From assembly GCA_964619725.1 (NCBI GenBank), contig CAZUFC010000016.1, forward strand, positions 1-64,000: 64,000 nucleotides of DNA, read 5' to 3'. The stretch is from an uncultured bacterium (GTDB lineage Bacteria > CSSED10-310 > CAZUFC01). This document shows positions 46,808 through 56,284 of this stretch, piece after piece; position 1 is the stretch's first letter, and the number at the start of each line of letters is the position of its first letter. Under the pieces are notes generated by a model. The model was not told where the DNA came from and did not search any database. It worked only from the letters and a program-made list of their open reading frames with translations. The position numbers and the translations under genes were made by a program.

Positions 46808-47773
46808 GTGAAAAGTCTGGTCATAGTCAATACCGTCATTTTATTACTGCTGCTCGGAACTGTCGGATATATGCTGACGGATCAGTCTGAAGAACAATAT
46901 CGGGAGGACCCCGAATGGATAAAGGAGTATGCTGCCCTGCTGACTTCAAAAGAATTGTATGAGCAGGCGATTGAGGCTTATAAAAGGTACGCCGAATTTT
47001 CAGGCATAGGACTGGACCGTCGCATCAACGCCAATTACATGATCGGAAAAATCTACCAGGAAAACCTCAAGGATTATGAAAACGCTCTGGCTTATTTTTA
47101 CAAAGTCAAACAATTTCGCCCTTCCGGCGACCTCATGAATGAAACCAACCGCAACATCGTGGAATGTCTTGAAAGAATGCAGAGAAGCTCAGACGCTCAA
47201 CGGGAACTGGACCGCATAACCAGGCATGGAGCGGAAGCCGAGGCGAAAGAAGAGGAGGGAGTGGTACTGGCGCGCATTGGAGATGAATCGATAACGCTTG
47301 AGGAAATAAGAGAAAAAATAACTGAATTGCCTGAAGATTCGGCTGAGTCATTTACGACCTGGGACGGATTCAGAAATTTTCTGAGGAATTACGTGGCCGA
47401 GGAAGTAATATACAAAGCGGCTTTACGACAAAATTTACAAAAATCGCCGGAAATCAGGGAGAAAATTGAGGAAGTGGAGAAAGCCTTATTGGTGCAAAAG
47501 GTTATCGAAACGGAACTGGCCGACAACGTTGAATTGCCTGAATCGGACCTGAGACTCTATTATAAGGCTCATAAAGATCGTTACAAGAAACCCGCTGCAG
47601 GCGATTCAGAAGAAGAAGAGATAATGAGTTTTGAAGAAGCGCGTCAGAAGATCGCTGCCGACCTGGCCCGGGAAAGGGGAATGGAGGTTTGGCAAAACTT
47701 GATCAACAGGCTTTCTGCAGCAGAGGACGTAGAATTTTATGAAGAAAGAATACCGGAACATCCTATGGAATAG
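46808..47773 (+). CDS. Membrane-anchored TPR protein with a PrsA/SurA-like chaperone scaffold lacking a parvulin domain
   Basis: N-terminal TM and TPR-like helices, then 'VLARIGDESITLEE...YYKAHKDRY...SFEEARQKI', similar to the non-catalytic part of 42208-43560. Confidence 0.65.
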   Translation: MKSLVIVNTVILLLLLGTVGYMLTDQSEEQYREDPEWIKEYAALLTSKELYEQAIEAYKRYAEFSGIGLDRRINANYMIGKIYQENLKDYENALAYFYKVKQFRPSGDLMNETNRNIVECLERMQRSSDAQRELDRITRHGAEAEAKEEEGVVLARIGDESITLEEIREKITELPEDSAESFTTWDGFRNFLRNYVAEEVIYKAALRQNLQKSPEIREKIEEVEKALLVQKVIETELADNVELPESDLRLYYKAHKDRYKKPAAGDSEEEEIMSFEEARQKIAADLARERGMEVWQNLINRLSAAEDVEFYEERIPEHPME

Positions 47774-48773
47774 AATCCTGATTGTGCTGATTCTGAGTCT
47801 CGCTGCAGCGCCATTGAGCCAAGCACAGGATGAGGACGCGGAAAAACCGGAACTAACGGTGAAATCGTCTGTGGACAAATCCGTCATCACTATGGGTGAA
47901 CCGCTGATTTATTCCCTGTCCATTGAGGCTTCGGAAGACGTTTCAGTTAAATTGCCTGATCCGGGAATAAACCTGGGTAAATTTGAAATTCGAGACTACA
48001 CGGCAGTACCTCCTTCCAAAATTGAAGGATATGTGAAGTATGAAACCAGGTATGAAATCACTTTGTACTATGTCGGAGAGTATGAAATTCCTCCGGTTCA
48101 GGTAAATTATGTGGATGCTGAAGGCGAGGAAAAAAGCATTCGCTCAGAACCTCTCAAAATAAAAGTGACCGGCATAGCGCCGGAAGATGCTCAGGATATT
48201 AGAGACATTAAGAATCCTGTGTTGATGGAGCGGGACCTGTCGAAAGTCTATTATCTCATCGGTGCGATATCAGGGATAATTTTAGCTGCAGTTGCAGCAT
48301 TGCTTTATGTGCGTTATCGCCGCCGGAGCCGGCTCGAACCGGTAGTGACGGAGCCTCCCGTTCCTCCGGATGAAGAGGCATTGCAAGCCCTCCAGAAGTT
48401 AAAGGAAAGTGACCTGCTGGAAAATTCTCAATACAAGGAATGGTTCGTAAGATTCTCGGAAATCATGAAAAAATTCATGGGGCGACAGTTCGGTTTTCCT
48501 TATCTGGAAAGGACGACGGAGGAAATCCTGGATGACGTGCACAAGGCTTCGGTTCCGGACGTATGCGTACAGATATTTACGAAACTGCTGGAGAGGAGCG
48601 ACCTGGTCAAGTTCGCCAAATTTCATCCTCACGATGAAGAGATAAACGAAACGCTTGAAATGGCTGAAACACTTATATCTGAATCGAAAAAAGGAATGTT
48701 GCTGCATTATGTGAAAACTGAAGGCGGTTCGACCGAAACCGTCAAGAGGACGGAGGTGAGTTCGGGACAATGA
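47739..48773 (+). CDS. BatD-like domain membrane protein of the Bat operon
   Basis: Signal peptide; 'SVDKSVITMGEPL', 'IRDIK.P', TM helix, 'ERTTEE', 'DLVKFAK'. Confidence 0.7.
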   Translation: MKKEYRNILWNRILIVLILSLAAAPLSQAQDEDAEKPELTVKSSVDKSVITMGEPLIYSLSIEASEDVSVKLPDPGINLGKFEIRDYTAVPPSKIEGYVKYETRYEITLYYVGEYEIPPVQVNYVDAEGEEKSIRSEPLKIKVTGIAPEDAQDIRDIKNPVLMERDLSKVYYLIGAISGIILAAVAALLYVRYRRRSRLEPVVTEPPVPPDEEALQALQKLKESDLLENSQYKEWFVRFSEIMKKFMGRQFGFPYLERTTEEILDDVHKASVPDVCVQIFTKLLERSDLVKFAKFHPHDEEINETLEMAETLISESKKGMLLHYVKTEGGSTETVKRTEVSSGQ

Positions 48774-49762
48774 GGTTTGCGAATCCGGAATTCTTTTTGC
48801 TGCTGGCGTTTCCCGTCGTCGTTTATCTTATCGGAGCGACCCGGTTCCGTTTTCGTTTCGCTTCATTACGCTTTTCCGATTTCAGGCTTCTAAAAGGAGT
48901 CAGGTCCTCCAGGGGTTTGAAGAAGCTCCGTATTCTAAAAATACTCCGCGCAGCGGCGCTGTTGTTCTTCATTACAGCGCTCGCCAGACCTCAATCCGGA
49001 ACCACTCATCAGGAAATACTCAGTGAAGGAATCGACATCATGCTCGCCATTGATATTTCGGGAAGCATGAGAGCGGAGGATTTTCAACCTGACAATCGTC
49101 TTGAAGTCGTTAAACGTGTCGTATCCGACTTCATCAACGGTCGAATGCACGATCGCATCGGTATGGTCGTGTTTGCCGCAGACAGCTTTACTCAATGTCC
49201 GCTGACGCATGATTACGGAATATTAGAGGAATTTCTGCAGCATGTGGAAATCGGTATGGTCAATGAAGATCAGACGGCCATCGGAATGGCTCTCGCCAAC
49301 TGTATCAACAGGCTTCGCGATTCGGAAGCCGACAGCAAAATAATTATTCTTTTGACCGACGGCGTCAACAATGCCGGCAAAATTGACCCGCTGCACGCCG
49401 CACGCCTGGCTGAAACCATGGATGTTAAAATATACTCCATCGGCGTCGGCTCCAGAGGCACCGCAATGGTCCCCGTCTCCGATCCCATTTTCGGCAAAAG
49501 AATGGTTCCCATGCAGGTGGAAATTGATGAAAAAACCCTTAAGGAAATCTCTGACTTAACGGGAGGAGCCTATTTTCGAGCTACAGACCCCAAAAAACTG
49601 GAAGAAATTTACGACATAATCGATGAAATGGAAAAAACCGAAATTAAAACCCAGGAATACACCGAATACAGCGAACTGTTTTACTGGTTCATTCTGGCAG
49701 GTTTGCCTTTTCTCGTTCTCGAAATCTTTTTAAGTCAAACCCGACTCAGAAAACTTCCATAA
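48770..49762 (+). CDS. batA: BatA-like VWA domain protein
   Basis: 'FANP', 'LARPQ', MIDAS DISGS, 'DRIGMVVFA', 'TAIG', LLTDG motifs. Confidence 0.88.
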   Translation: MRFANPEFFLLLAFPVVVYLIGATRFRFRFASLRFSDFRLLKGVRSSRGLKKLRILKILRAAALLFFITALARPQSGTTHQEILSEGIDIMLAIDISGSMRAEDFQPDNRLEVVKRVVSDFINGRMHDRIGMVVFAADSFTQCPLTHDYGILEEFLQHVEIGMVNEDQTAIGMALANCINRLRDSEADSKIIILLTDGVNNAGKIDPLHAARLAETMDVKIYSIGVGSRGTAMVPVSDPIFGKRMVPMQVEIDEKTLKEISDLTGGAYFRATDPKKLEEIYDIIDEMEKTEIKTQEYTEYSELFYWFILAGLPFLVLEIFLSQTRLRKLP

Positions 49763-49772
49763 GGATGCTGTC

Positions 49773-50822
49773 ATGATAACCTACGGACAATCCGGCCCTC
49801 TTTTAACTCTCTCGTTATTTCTGATCTTCGGACTAACGCCGCTTATCATTCTTTTGCTTTTATACGGCAATCACGCCAAAAAGAAAGCGCTGCAGAAATT
49901 CGCAGAAAACCGTCTGCTGCAGCGACTCACATCAGCGGTTTCCCGCCGCAAACAGATGCTCAAGATGACCCTGATCGTCGTCGGCCTTTTCCTTGCCGTC
50001 TATTCTTTCGCAAGACCGCAATGGGGTTCGCGTAAAGAAATGGTAAGGATGAAGGGTCTCGACATTTTCATAGCCGTCGATACGTCTCTCAGCATGAACG
50101 CGACAGACGTGAAACCCAGCCGGTTGCAGAAGGCGAAAGGAGAAATAGAAGCGCTGCTGGACAAGATGCGCGGAGACAGAGTCGGGCTGATAGCCTTCGC
50201 CGGTACAGCCTTCGTTCAATGTCCTCTTACGGTCGACTACGGAGCGCTTCGAATATTCCTTAACATATTGGATACCGATCTCATTCAATATCCGGGCACC
50301 GCGCTTGAAAAAGCCATACGCACCGCTGCCGACAGCTTTGAAACAGGCGACAGAAAGCATAAAGTCCTTATCCTGATGACCGACGGCGAAGGACATTTGG
50401 GCGACCCGGTTAAAGCGGCAGAAGAAGCCGCTGCAGAAGGAATTCGCATATTTACTATCGGATTCGGGTCTCCCCAGGGCGAGCCCATACCCATCAGAAA
50501 CGAAAGAAATGAAGTCGTCGAATACAAAAAAGACAAAAATAACCAGGTCGTCGTCAGTAAACTGGACGAAACGACCCTGGAAAAAATCGCGCTGCTCGCC
50601 GACGGAACATATTATCGAGCCACTACCGAAGAAAGCGAACTGGATAAAATCTATGAAGAACTCCAGCAAATGGAAAAACGGGAAATGGGATCAAAACTTT
50701 TTACCAGACGCGAAGACCGCTATCAGATATTTCTCCTGCTGGGAGTTCTTGTTCTTTCCGTCGAAGCTGTTTTAACCGACCGCAAAACAAAGGGTGAAGA
50801 ATGGAAAGGAAGATTCGTATAA
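49773..50822 (+). CDS. batB: BatB-like VWA domain protein
   Basis: 'ARPQWG', DTSLS, 'DVKPSRL', 'CPLTVDY', MTDGE, 'SKLDE' motifs. Confidence 0.88.
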   Translation: MITYGQSGPLLTLSLFLIFGLTPLIILLLLYGNHAKKKALQKFAENRLLQRLTSAVSRRKQMLKMTLIVVGLFLAVYSFARPQWGSRKEMVRMKGLDIFIAVDTSLSMNATDVKPSRLQKAKGEIEALLDKMRGDRVGLIAFAGTAFVQCPLTVDYGALRIFLNILDTDLIQYPGTALEKAIRTAADSFETGDRKHKVLILMTDGEGHLGDPVKAAEEAAAEGIRIFTIGFGSPQGEPIPIRNERNEVVEYKKDKNNQVVVSKLDETTLEKIALLADGTYYRATTEESELDKIYEELQQMEKREMGSKLFTRREDRYQIFLLLGVLVLSVEAVLTDRKTKGEEWKGRFV

Positions 50823-51589
50823 AAATCCTTCATATAGCTTTCGCCTGCTCTGCGCTGCTCTTTTCCGGATGCGAAAATCTGGAGGATCAACTCTGGAAAA
50901 CCACCAGCGAAGGCAACCAGCTCTACAAGGAAGCTGAATATGATGAAGCCTTGAAAAAATATACAAACGCACAACTCGAAGCCCCGGAATCGAAAATCCT
51001 TCACTTTAATATCGGCGACGTCTATTACAGATTACAGAAGCATGATCAGGCCATTGAAAGCTGGCAGAAAGCCGTAGCAGCCGATTCGCACCAGCAACGC
51101 GCTGATGCCTGGTACAACATCGGAAACGCACATTATCAAAAAAAGGCATGGATAGAAGCTATTGATTCTTATAAAAGAGCCCTGGATATCGTGCCGGACC
51201 ATGAAGATGCAAAATTTAACCTGGAACTGGTCCGTCGCCGGCTTAAATCTGGTCCTTCCGAAGAAGCCCTGAGATATAAAAAAGAGATTGAAAAGCTCGT
51301 CAAAGAGAAAAAATACGGAGAAGCCTGGAATGTGACGGCTGAAGCGCTTCAAAAAGATGAAACTTTCCAAAAATTAGGCGATATGATAATGAGGGTTTAC
51401 GAGCTGGCGGGCATTTTTGATCCGGAATCAGTTCAGAATCAGCAGTTGAAGATTCAGCCGCCTGGAGGCGCCCCCGGAGGACAAACCGGCCCCGGCCCTG
51501 GTCCCCGAATCAATCCCATGCCCCCGCCGAAACAGACGCCTATACCTATGAAAACGCCTCTTCCCCGCCCTAAGGGAGTTAAAATATGA
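50801..51589 (+). CDS. BatC-like TPR lipoprotein with a Pro-rich tail
   Basis: Lipobox FSGC; TPRs 'HFNIGDVYY', 'WYNIGNAHY', 'DAKFNLEL'. Confidence 0.78.
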   Translation: MERKIRIKILHIAFACSALLFSGCENLEDQLWKTTSEGNQLYKEAEYDEALKKYTNAQLEAPESKILHFNIGDVYYRLQKHDQAIESWQKAVAADSHQQRADAWYNIGNAHYQKKAWIEAIDSYKRALDIVPDHEDAKFNLELVRRRLKSGPSEEALRYKKEIEKLVKEKKYGEAWNVTAEALQKDETFQKLGDMIMRVYELAGIFDPESVQNQQLKIQPPGGAPGGQTGPGPGPRINPMPPPKQTPIPMKTPLPRPKGVKI

Positions 51590-52164
51590 AAAAAATAACG
51601 ATTAATGCCGGAATCCTCATATTCTGTTTGTGCTTTTATTTACCGGGAATTTTCAGTCAAAACTCTGATGGACAACTGACCGACCCGGACGATGCTTTTC
51701 AAGACAATATGCATGGGGCCGCCTTCACATTTTTCAAAGGCAATTACGGAAAAGCTATGGACATGATCGAAAAAGCGCTCGAACTGAAACCGGATGATGA
51801 GCAATGCCGGCAATTGAAAGAAAAAATAGAAGAACGCCTTAAGCAACAGCAACAGCAGCAGCAACAGCAGCAGCAGCAACAGAATCAGGACAGCGAACAG
51901 GAAAAGAATGGACAGGAAAACCAGGAAAATCAGGAACAGCAGGAACAGCAGGAACAGCAACAACAGGCTCAGGCAGGCGAACAGTCAGACGAGGAAAAGC
52001 AGGGTGAGGAGGAGCAGGAGGCAAAGGCGATGACGGCCGAAGAAATTTCAAAGGAGGAAGCTGAAAGGATTTTGAATGCATTGGAAGATGATGAGGAGGA
52101 AATACAGAAGGATGTGCGGCGCAGATTAACGGGAGGCGCCAGAAGCGTTGAGAAGGACTGGTAG
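51586..52164 (+). CDS. TPR and Gln-rich protein carrying the BatC-type C-terminus
   Basis: Signal peptide, one TPR, 13xQ tract, ends 'ISKEEAERILNAL...EKDW'. Confidence 0.75.
   Translation: MKKITINAGILIFCLCFYLPGIFSQNSDGQLTDPDDAFQDNMHGAAFTFFKGNYGKAMDMIEKALELKPDDEQCRQLKEKIEERLKQQQQQQQQQQQQQNQDSEQEKNGQENQENQEQQEQQEQQQQAQAGEQSDEEKQGEEEQEAKAMTAEEISKEEAERILNALEDDEEEIQKDVRRRLTGGARSVEKDW
51844..51882 (+). repeat. CAG/CAA trinucleotide tract (13 Gln)
   Basis: caa cag caa cag cag cag caa cag cag cag cag caa cag. Confidence 0.9.
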
Positions 52165-52167
52165 ATT

Positions 52168-54048
52168 GTGAAAGTTGTCTCCATATTTTTGATAATTTTG
52201 TTTGTGTCCGGCGTATGCGCAGCGAGAAGTGCGGATTTTTCGGTAGAAGCTTACACGGACAAAACAAGGATGACCAGCGACGACAGTCTGCAACTGACCG
52301 TTTCTGCGGGAGCCCAACAGGGGACGCCACAAATTCAGATTCCCGAATTTGAGGATTTTGATGTTGTCCAAAGGCCGTCCCAGTCGACTGAGATGCAGAT
52401 CATCAATGGTCGTATGTCCGTAAAACAGAAGATCACTGTAATTCTGATGCCGAAGCGGGACGGAAAGCTGACCATACCTCGCATACCGGCGACACTGGAC
52501 GGACAGACAGCCTATTCTGAACCCATAGAAATTCATGTGGTCAAATCCGCGGTCAAACCTCAAGCTCCTCATCCGCAATCGCAGCAGGATTCGCGCCGTT
52601 CCGACGTCGAACCACCCGGTTCAACCGATGAAAAGGACCTTTTCATCCGGGCTGCAGCGGATAAAACTGAAGTTTATGTAGGCGAGCAGATATCGGTACA
52701 GTATGACCTATACAGCCGGATCAACATAGTCGACGTCAATATTCAGACCATGCCGTCGACTTCGGGCTTCTGGGAAGAGGACCTGTATTCGCCGCAGTCG
52801 CTTGATATGCGCCGGACGAAAATCAACGATGTTCCTTACGTCACGGCGCTGATCGCCCGTAAAGCCCTGTTTCCCGTTTCCTCGGGAGAATATACGATTG
52901 AACCCATGGTGCTCCGTTTCGCCGTCAGAACGGAAAGGCGCCGCTCTTCCCGATCCCGTGACCCTTTCGGTTTTATGAATGACGATTTTTTTAATCCTTT
53001 TTTCGACAGAACAAAATCCATATTCCGAAAAAGCAATCCGCTTTCCATCAAGGTTAAACCATTGCCCGAAGAAGGCAGGCCTTCATCTTTTTCCGGCAGC
53101 GTCGGCGATTTTTCCATTTCCGCGGATATCGATAAGACAAGACTGAAACAAGGCGATGCCCTGACGCTGACTATTAACGTCCAGGGAACCGGAAACGTTA
53201 AGACCTTCGGCCCTCCTGTTCTGCCTGAATTGCCGGATTTCAAGGTTTATGAACCCAAAGTATCCGAGTCCGGCAATATTCAAAACATGACGTACGTGGG
53301 CCTGAAATCATTTGAATACGTTCTGATAGCCAGGAATCCGGGAAATGTCGCAATTCCTTCGCTGGAATATTCGTTCTTCGATCCGCAAAAGGAACAATAC
53401 AGAACTGTCCATACGAAAAATTTCCGTGTTTTCGTCGAAGAATCGGAACAGGAGGAAGATTCCGTCATAGTCGTCGGCCCTGAAACTCAAAAGAAAAAAA
53501 TGGTCCTGAAAGGGAAGGACATTCGATATATAAAAAGCGCTCCTGATATGCTCTCCGATCAAACCCAAAATTTTCATAAAAGACCGCTCACACTGCTCTT
53601 GTGGATACTTCCATGGTTTGCTTTACCCGGAGCGTTAATTTTCAGTTCTTACCGGAAACGTCTCTCGGAAGATGTGGCTTTCGCTCGTAAACGAAAAGCG
53701 CTCGTCACAGTTCAAAATAAATTAAAGAAAGCGGAAAGCATGTCGGAGCATCCTGAAAACTCAGTGGAATTCTATAAAACAATCAATGACGCATTGACGA
53801 AATACATCGCTGACGTCTGTAACCTTCCCGCAGCAGGTTTGACTCCCGAAGAAATCCGGAACGTCTTGAATCAATCCTGCGTCACTTCAGAATCGATCAG
53901 GAAAGTCGATTCATTGCTCGAAACTTCAAATTTCCTTATTTTCACCGGTGCACGCTCCGAAAAAAAGGATATGCAGAATTCTCTCGAAGAAGTGAAACAA
54001 TTGATAAATGAACTGGAAAAAGAAAAGAATCTGAGGAGCCGGAAATGA
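52168..54048 (+). CDS. batD: BatD family protein
   Basis: Signal peptide; 'QIING', 'VYVGEQ', 'F.GSVGDF', 'GTGN', 'FFDP' modules; C-terminal TM helix. Confidence 0.88.
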   Translation: MKVVSIFLIILFVSGVCAARSADFSVEAYTDKTRMTSDDSLQLTVSAGAQQGTPQIQIPEFEDFDVVQRPSQSTEMQIINGRMSVKQKITVILMPKRDGKLTIPRIPATLDGQTAYSEPIEIHVVKSAVKPQAPHPQSQQDSRRSDVEPPGSTDEKDLFIRAAADKTEVYVGEQISVQYDLYSRINIVDVNIQTMPSTSGFWEEDLYSPQSLDMRRTKINDVPYVTALIARKALFPVSSGEYTIEPMVLRFAVRTERRRSSRSRDPFGFMNDDFFNPFFDRTKSIFRKSNPLSIKVKPLPEEGRPSSFSGSVGDFSISADIDKTRLKQGDALTLTINVQGTGNVKTFGPPVLPELPDFKVYEPKVSESGNIQNMTYVGLKSFEYVLIARNPGNVAIPSLEYSFFDPQKEQYRTVHTKNFRVFVEESEQEEDSVIVVGPETQKKKMVLKGKDIRYIKSAPDMLSDQTQNFHKRPLTLLLWILPWFALPGALIFSSYRKRLSEDVAFARKRKALVTVQNKLKKAESMSEHPENSVEFYKTINDALTKYIADVCNLPAAGLTPEEIRNVLNQSCVTSESIRKVDSLLETSNFLIFTGARSEKKDMQNSLEEVKQLINELEKEKNLRSRK

Positions 54049-54836
54049 AAGAGCGATTTCTGATAATCTTCTGCACTGTAACGGTTCTGCTCGGCGCCGG
54101 CCTTTTATCGACGCTTCCCGTCTTTTCGGATGAAACGGAGAGTTTCACATTATTGTTCAAAAAAGGAAATGAAGCCTACCAGAAAGGACAATACGAAACA
54201 GCGTTATCCAACTACGAAAGAATACTGACTCACGGATTCGCAAGCGGAAAAGTCTATTACAACATCGGCAACACCTATTTCTATCTTGGAAACATCGGAA
54301 AAGCCATCCTGTATTATGAACGAGCCAGACGCATCCTTCCGGGAGACGAAGACGTCAAAGCCAATCTGGAATTAGCATATTCCATGACGGAAGACAAAAT
54401 AGAAGCGCCGCAGCCTGGACTAATGAGCCGGGCATTCCGATTCTTCTATAACAAATTTAATCTTAATACTCTTGCCGCCGCTTCACTCATTATTTATCTC
54501 GTCATAAGCGCCCTTGTCATAACAGGAATATTAATTCGCATTACTCAAATACGCAAATGGTGCTTTCGATCAGCCATGATATGCGCAATACCGCTGATCG
54601 TTTTCGGATACAGTTTTCTTTGGAAACTGTATGACCTCCATTACAATCCCCAGGCCGTCGTCCTGGCCGATCAAGTCGAAGCGAAAAGCGGTCCCGCCGA
54701 AAACTTCACATCCCTTTTTACCATTCATGAAGGAACCAAAGTCAATATAATAGCCGGACGATCAGATTGGGTCCGTATCGACCTGCCCAACGGCCTGAAC
54801 GGCTGGATACCTGGGGACGCTCTTGAACGTATCTGA
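54045..54836 (+). CDS. batE: BatE-like TPR and SH3 protein
   Basis: 'GNEAYQKGQYE.A', 'YYNIGN', 'AILYYERA', two TM helices, 'F.IHEGTKV...W..I.LPNG..GWI'. Confidence 0.88.
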   Translation: MKERFLIIFCTVTVLLGAGLLSTLPVFSDETESFTLLFKKGNEAYQKGQYETALSNYERILTHGFASGKVYYNIGNTYFYLGNIGKAILYYERARRILPGDEDVKANLELAYSMTEDKIEAPQPGLMSRAFRFFYNKFNLNTLAAASLIIYLVISALVITGILIRITQIRKWCFRSAMICAIPLIVFGYSFLWKLYDLHYNPQAVVLADQVEAKSGPAENFTSLFTIHEGTKVNIIAGRSDWVRIDLPNGLNGWIPGDALERI

Positions 54837-54913
54837 CGTTCTAAAATTTTTTCCCCGAAATGCTGTGCGTAAAGTAACGGGAGGACTGAATTTTCTGAAT
54901 CACATGACATCAT

Positions 54914-56266
54914 TTATTCATAAGAAATGACTTCCAACATGAAAGAAAGTAGTCTTCCGTCAGTTTCGTCGTGCCAATACGGTGAAAAAACGCTGTCTGA
55001 ATAAAAATTAATTTTTACCGTTCTATTTAATTCATTCATTGTCAGCTCAAACTGGTTCATCGTCTCGGTCAGAACGATTTTTTCGTACAAAGAGCCGTCT
55101 GAGTAGACGAATATGCTCTGTTCTTTATTGTAAAAACGCGGGAAAAGGCTGCTGATTTTGAACTTTATCCTATTGACGTTGAACAACATTATAACGCTTT
55201 CTATTTGAGACCATCTGAAAGCAGCCTGCCCTGTCTTCTCTTCACCATAAAAACCCCCAATATAATCGACTAACGGCTCGTTTTCACTTTTATCCCTGTA
55301 TTCTGGGGCTGCTTTCTTTAACGCTTCTGCATCTTTCGAAGCCAGGCATATGTTCCATTCCCGGCCTTCCAAAAAGCTCTCTCTAACGATGTCCATACTT
55401 CTCGGGACATGCTCGAATAAGCCGTTAACGGGATAAAGAAAAATCATGTGCGTAAATCCGGATATCCTGAGCAATCGAATCATCTGATCCCTGGAATAGG
55501 GTCGTTCCAGAGTATGATATTTCTCCATAAGTTCCCTGTTGTTTCGCTGCCATAAAGAATCTTTATCAGGCGCCGTGCTTTCGGTTATTGCGATAATTCC
55601 ATCACTTGTTAAATTTTTCGATATGTTTTTTAAGGCGGATATCGGATCATAAAAGTGATGTAAAGCGGATTCAAGGAAAGCCGTATCGAATAAATCGCTG
55701 ACAGGCAATGGCGCCTTTTCGATATCGTGCACCATGAAATCCACATCGAACGACCTATCTTCATAAGTGGACAGCGGATCAGCAGCGACGCGTCGCTTTG
55801 CTGTCTGAATCATATCCGGCGATATATCAAAGCCCAACACGCTGAGTCCCAATTTTCCGAAGTAATGGGACGTCCAGCCAGGTCCGCAACCTACGTCCAA
55901 AATTCTTGTTTGCGGAGTTAAAGGTAGTCTTTGAGCCATATTCAGGAATTTATACATCTCAATATAAAAAGAATCGTAATCAGGACCTCCTATAAAGGGT
56001 TTAATCAGATGATACCTTTCTGTGCCGCGTCCCTTGTCATTCGTCAAATTGCGAAGATATTCCACAGCCCCTTTTTTCCAGTCGATACCAGGAGGAACAT
56101 CACGGTTTATTTCTTCAAGCAGTTCTTTCTCCGAATCTTCCCTATTCGTCTTTTCATATTTCTTCATTGCCTCTATCTCCTTTCCCATGAGTCTCCGCCA
56201 AAAAAATCTGATCACGACTTTCCTCATCCTGTCCGAACAGTCCAAAGCGTTAAATCGATTATTCAA
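54914..56266 (-). CDS. Class I SAM-dependent methyltransferase with a C-terminal beta domain
   Basis: ILDVGCGPGW, GFDIS, 'ALHH' motifs. The start codon is uncertain. Confidence 0.8.
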   Translation of the reverse strand: MNNRFNALDCSDRMRKVVIRFFWRRLMGKEIEAMKKYEKTNREDSEKELLEEINRDVPPGIDWKKGAVEYLRNLTNDKGRGTERYHLIKPFIGGPDYDSFYIEMYKFLNMAQRLPLTPQTRILDVGCGPGWTSHYFGKLGLSVLGFDISPDMIQTAKRRVAADPLSTYEDRSFDVDFMVHDIEKAPLPVSDLFDTAFLESALHHFYDPISALKNISKNLTSDGIIAITESTAPDKDSLWQRNNRELMEKYHTLERPYSRDQMIRLLRISGFTHMIFLYPVNGLFEHVPRSMDIVRESFLEGREWNICLASKDAEALKKAAPEYRDKSENEPLVDYIGGFYGEEKTGQAAFRWSQIESVIMLFNVNRIKFKISSLFPRFYNKEQSIFVYSDGSLYEKIVLTETMNQFELTMNELNRTVKINFYSDSVFSPYWHDETDGRLLSFMLEVISYE

Positions 56267-56284
56267 ATCTGATCATTCTGCATT

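Noticed and set aside
49932-50669. Long antisense ORFs in the six-frame track (e.g. 245 aa here, 244 aa at 29171-29905, 190 aa at 57488-58060)
   Set aside because: They lie wholly or largely opposite well-supported genes and show no motifs.
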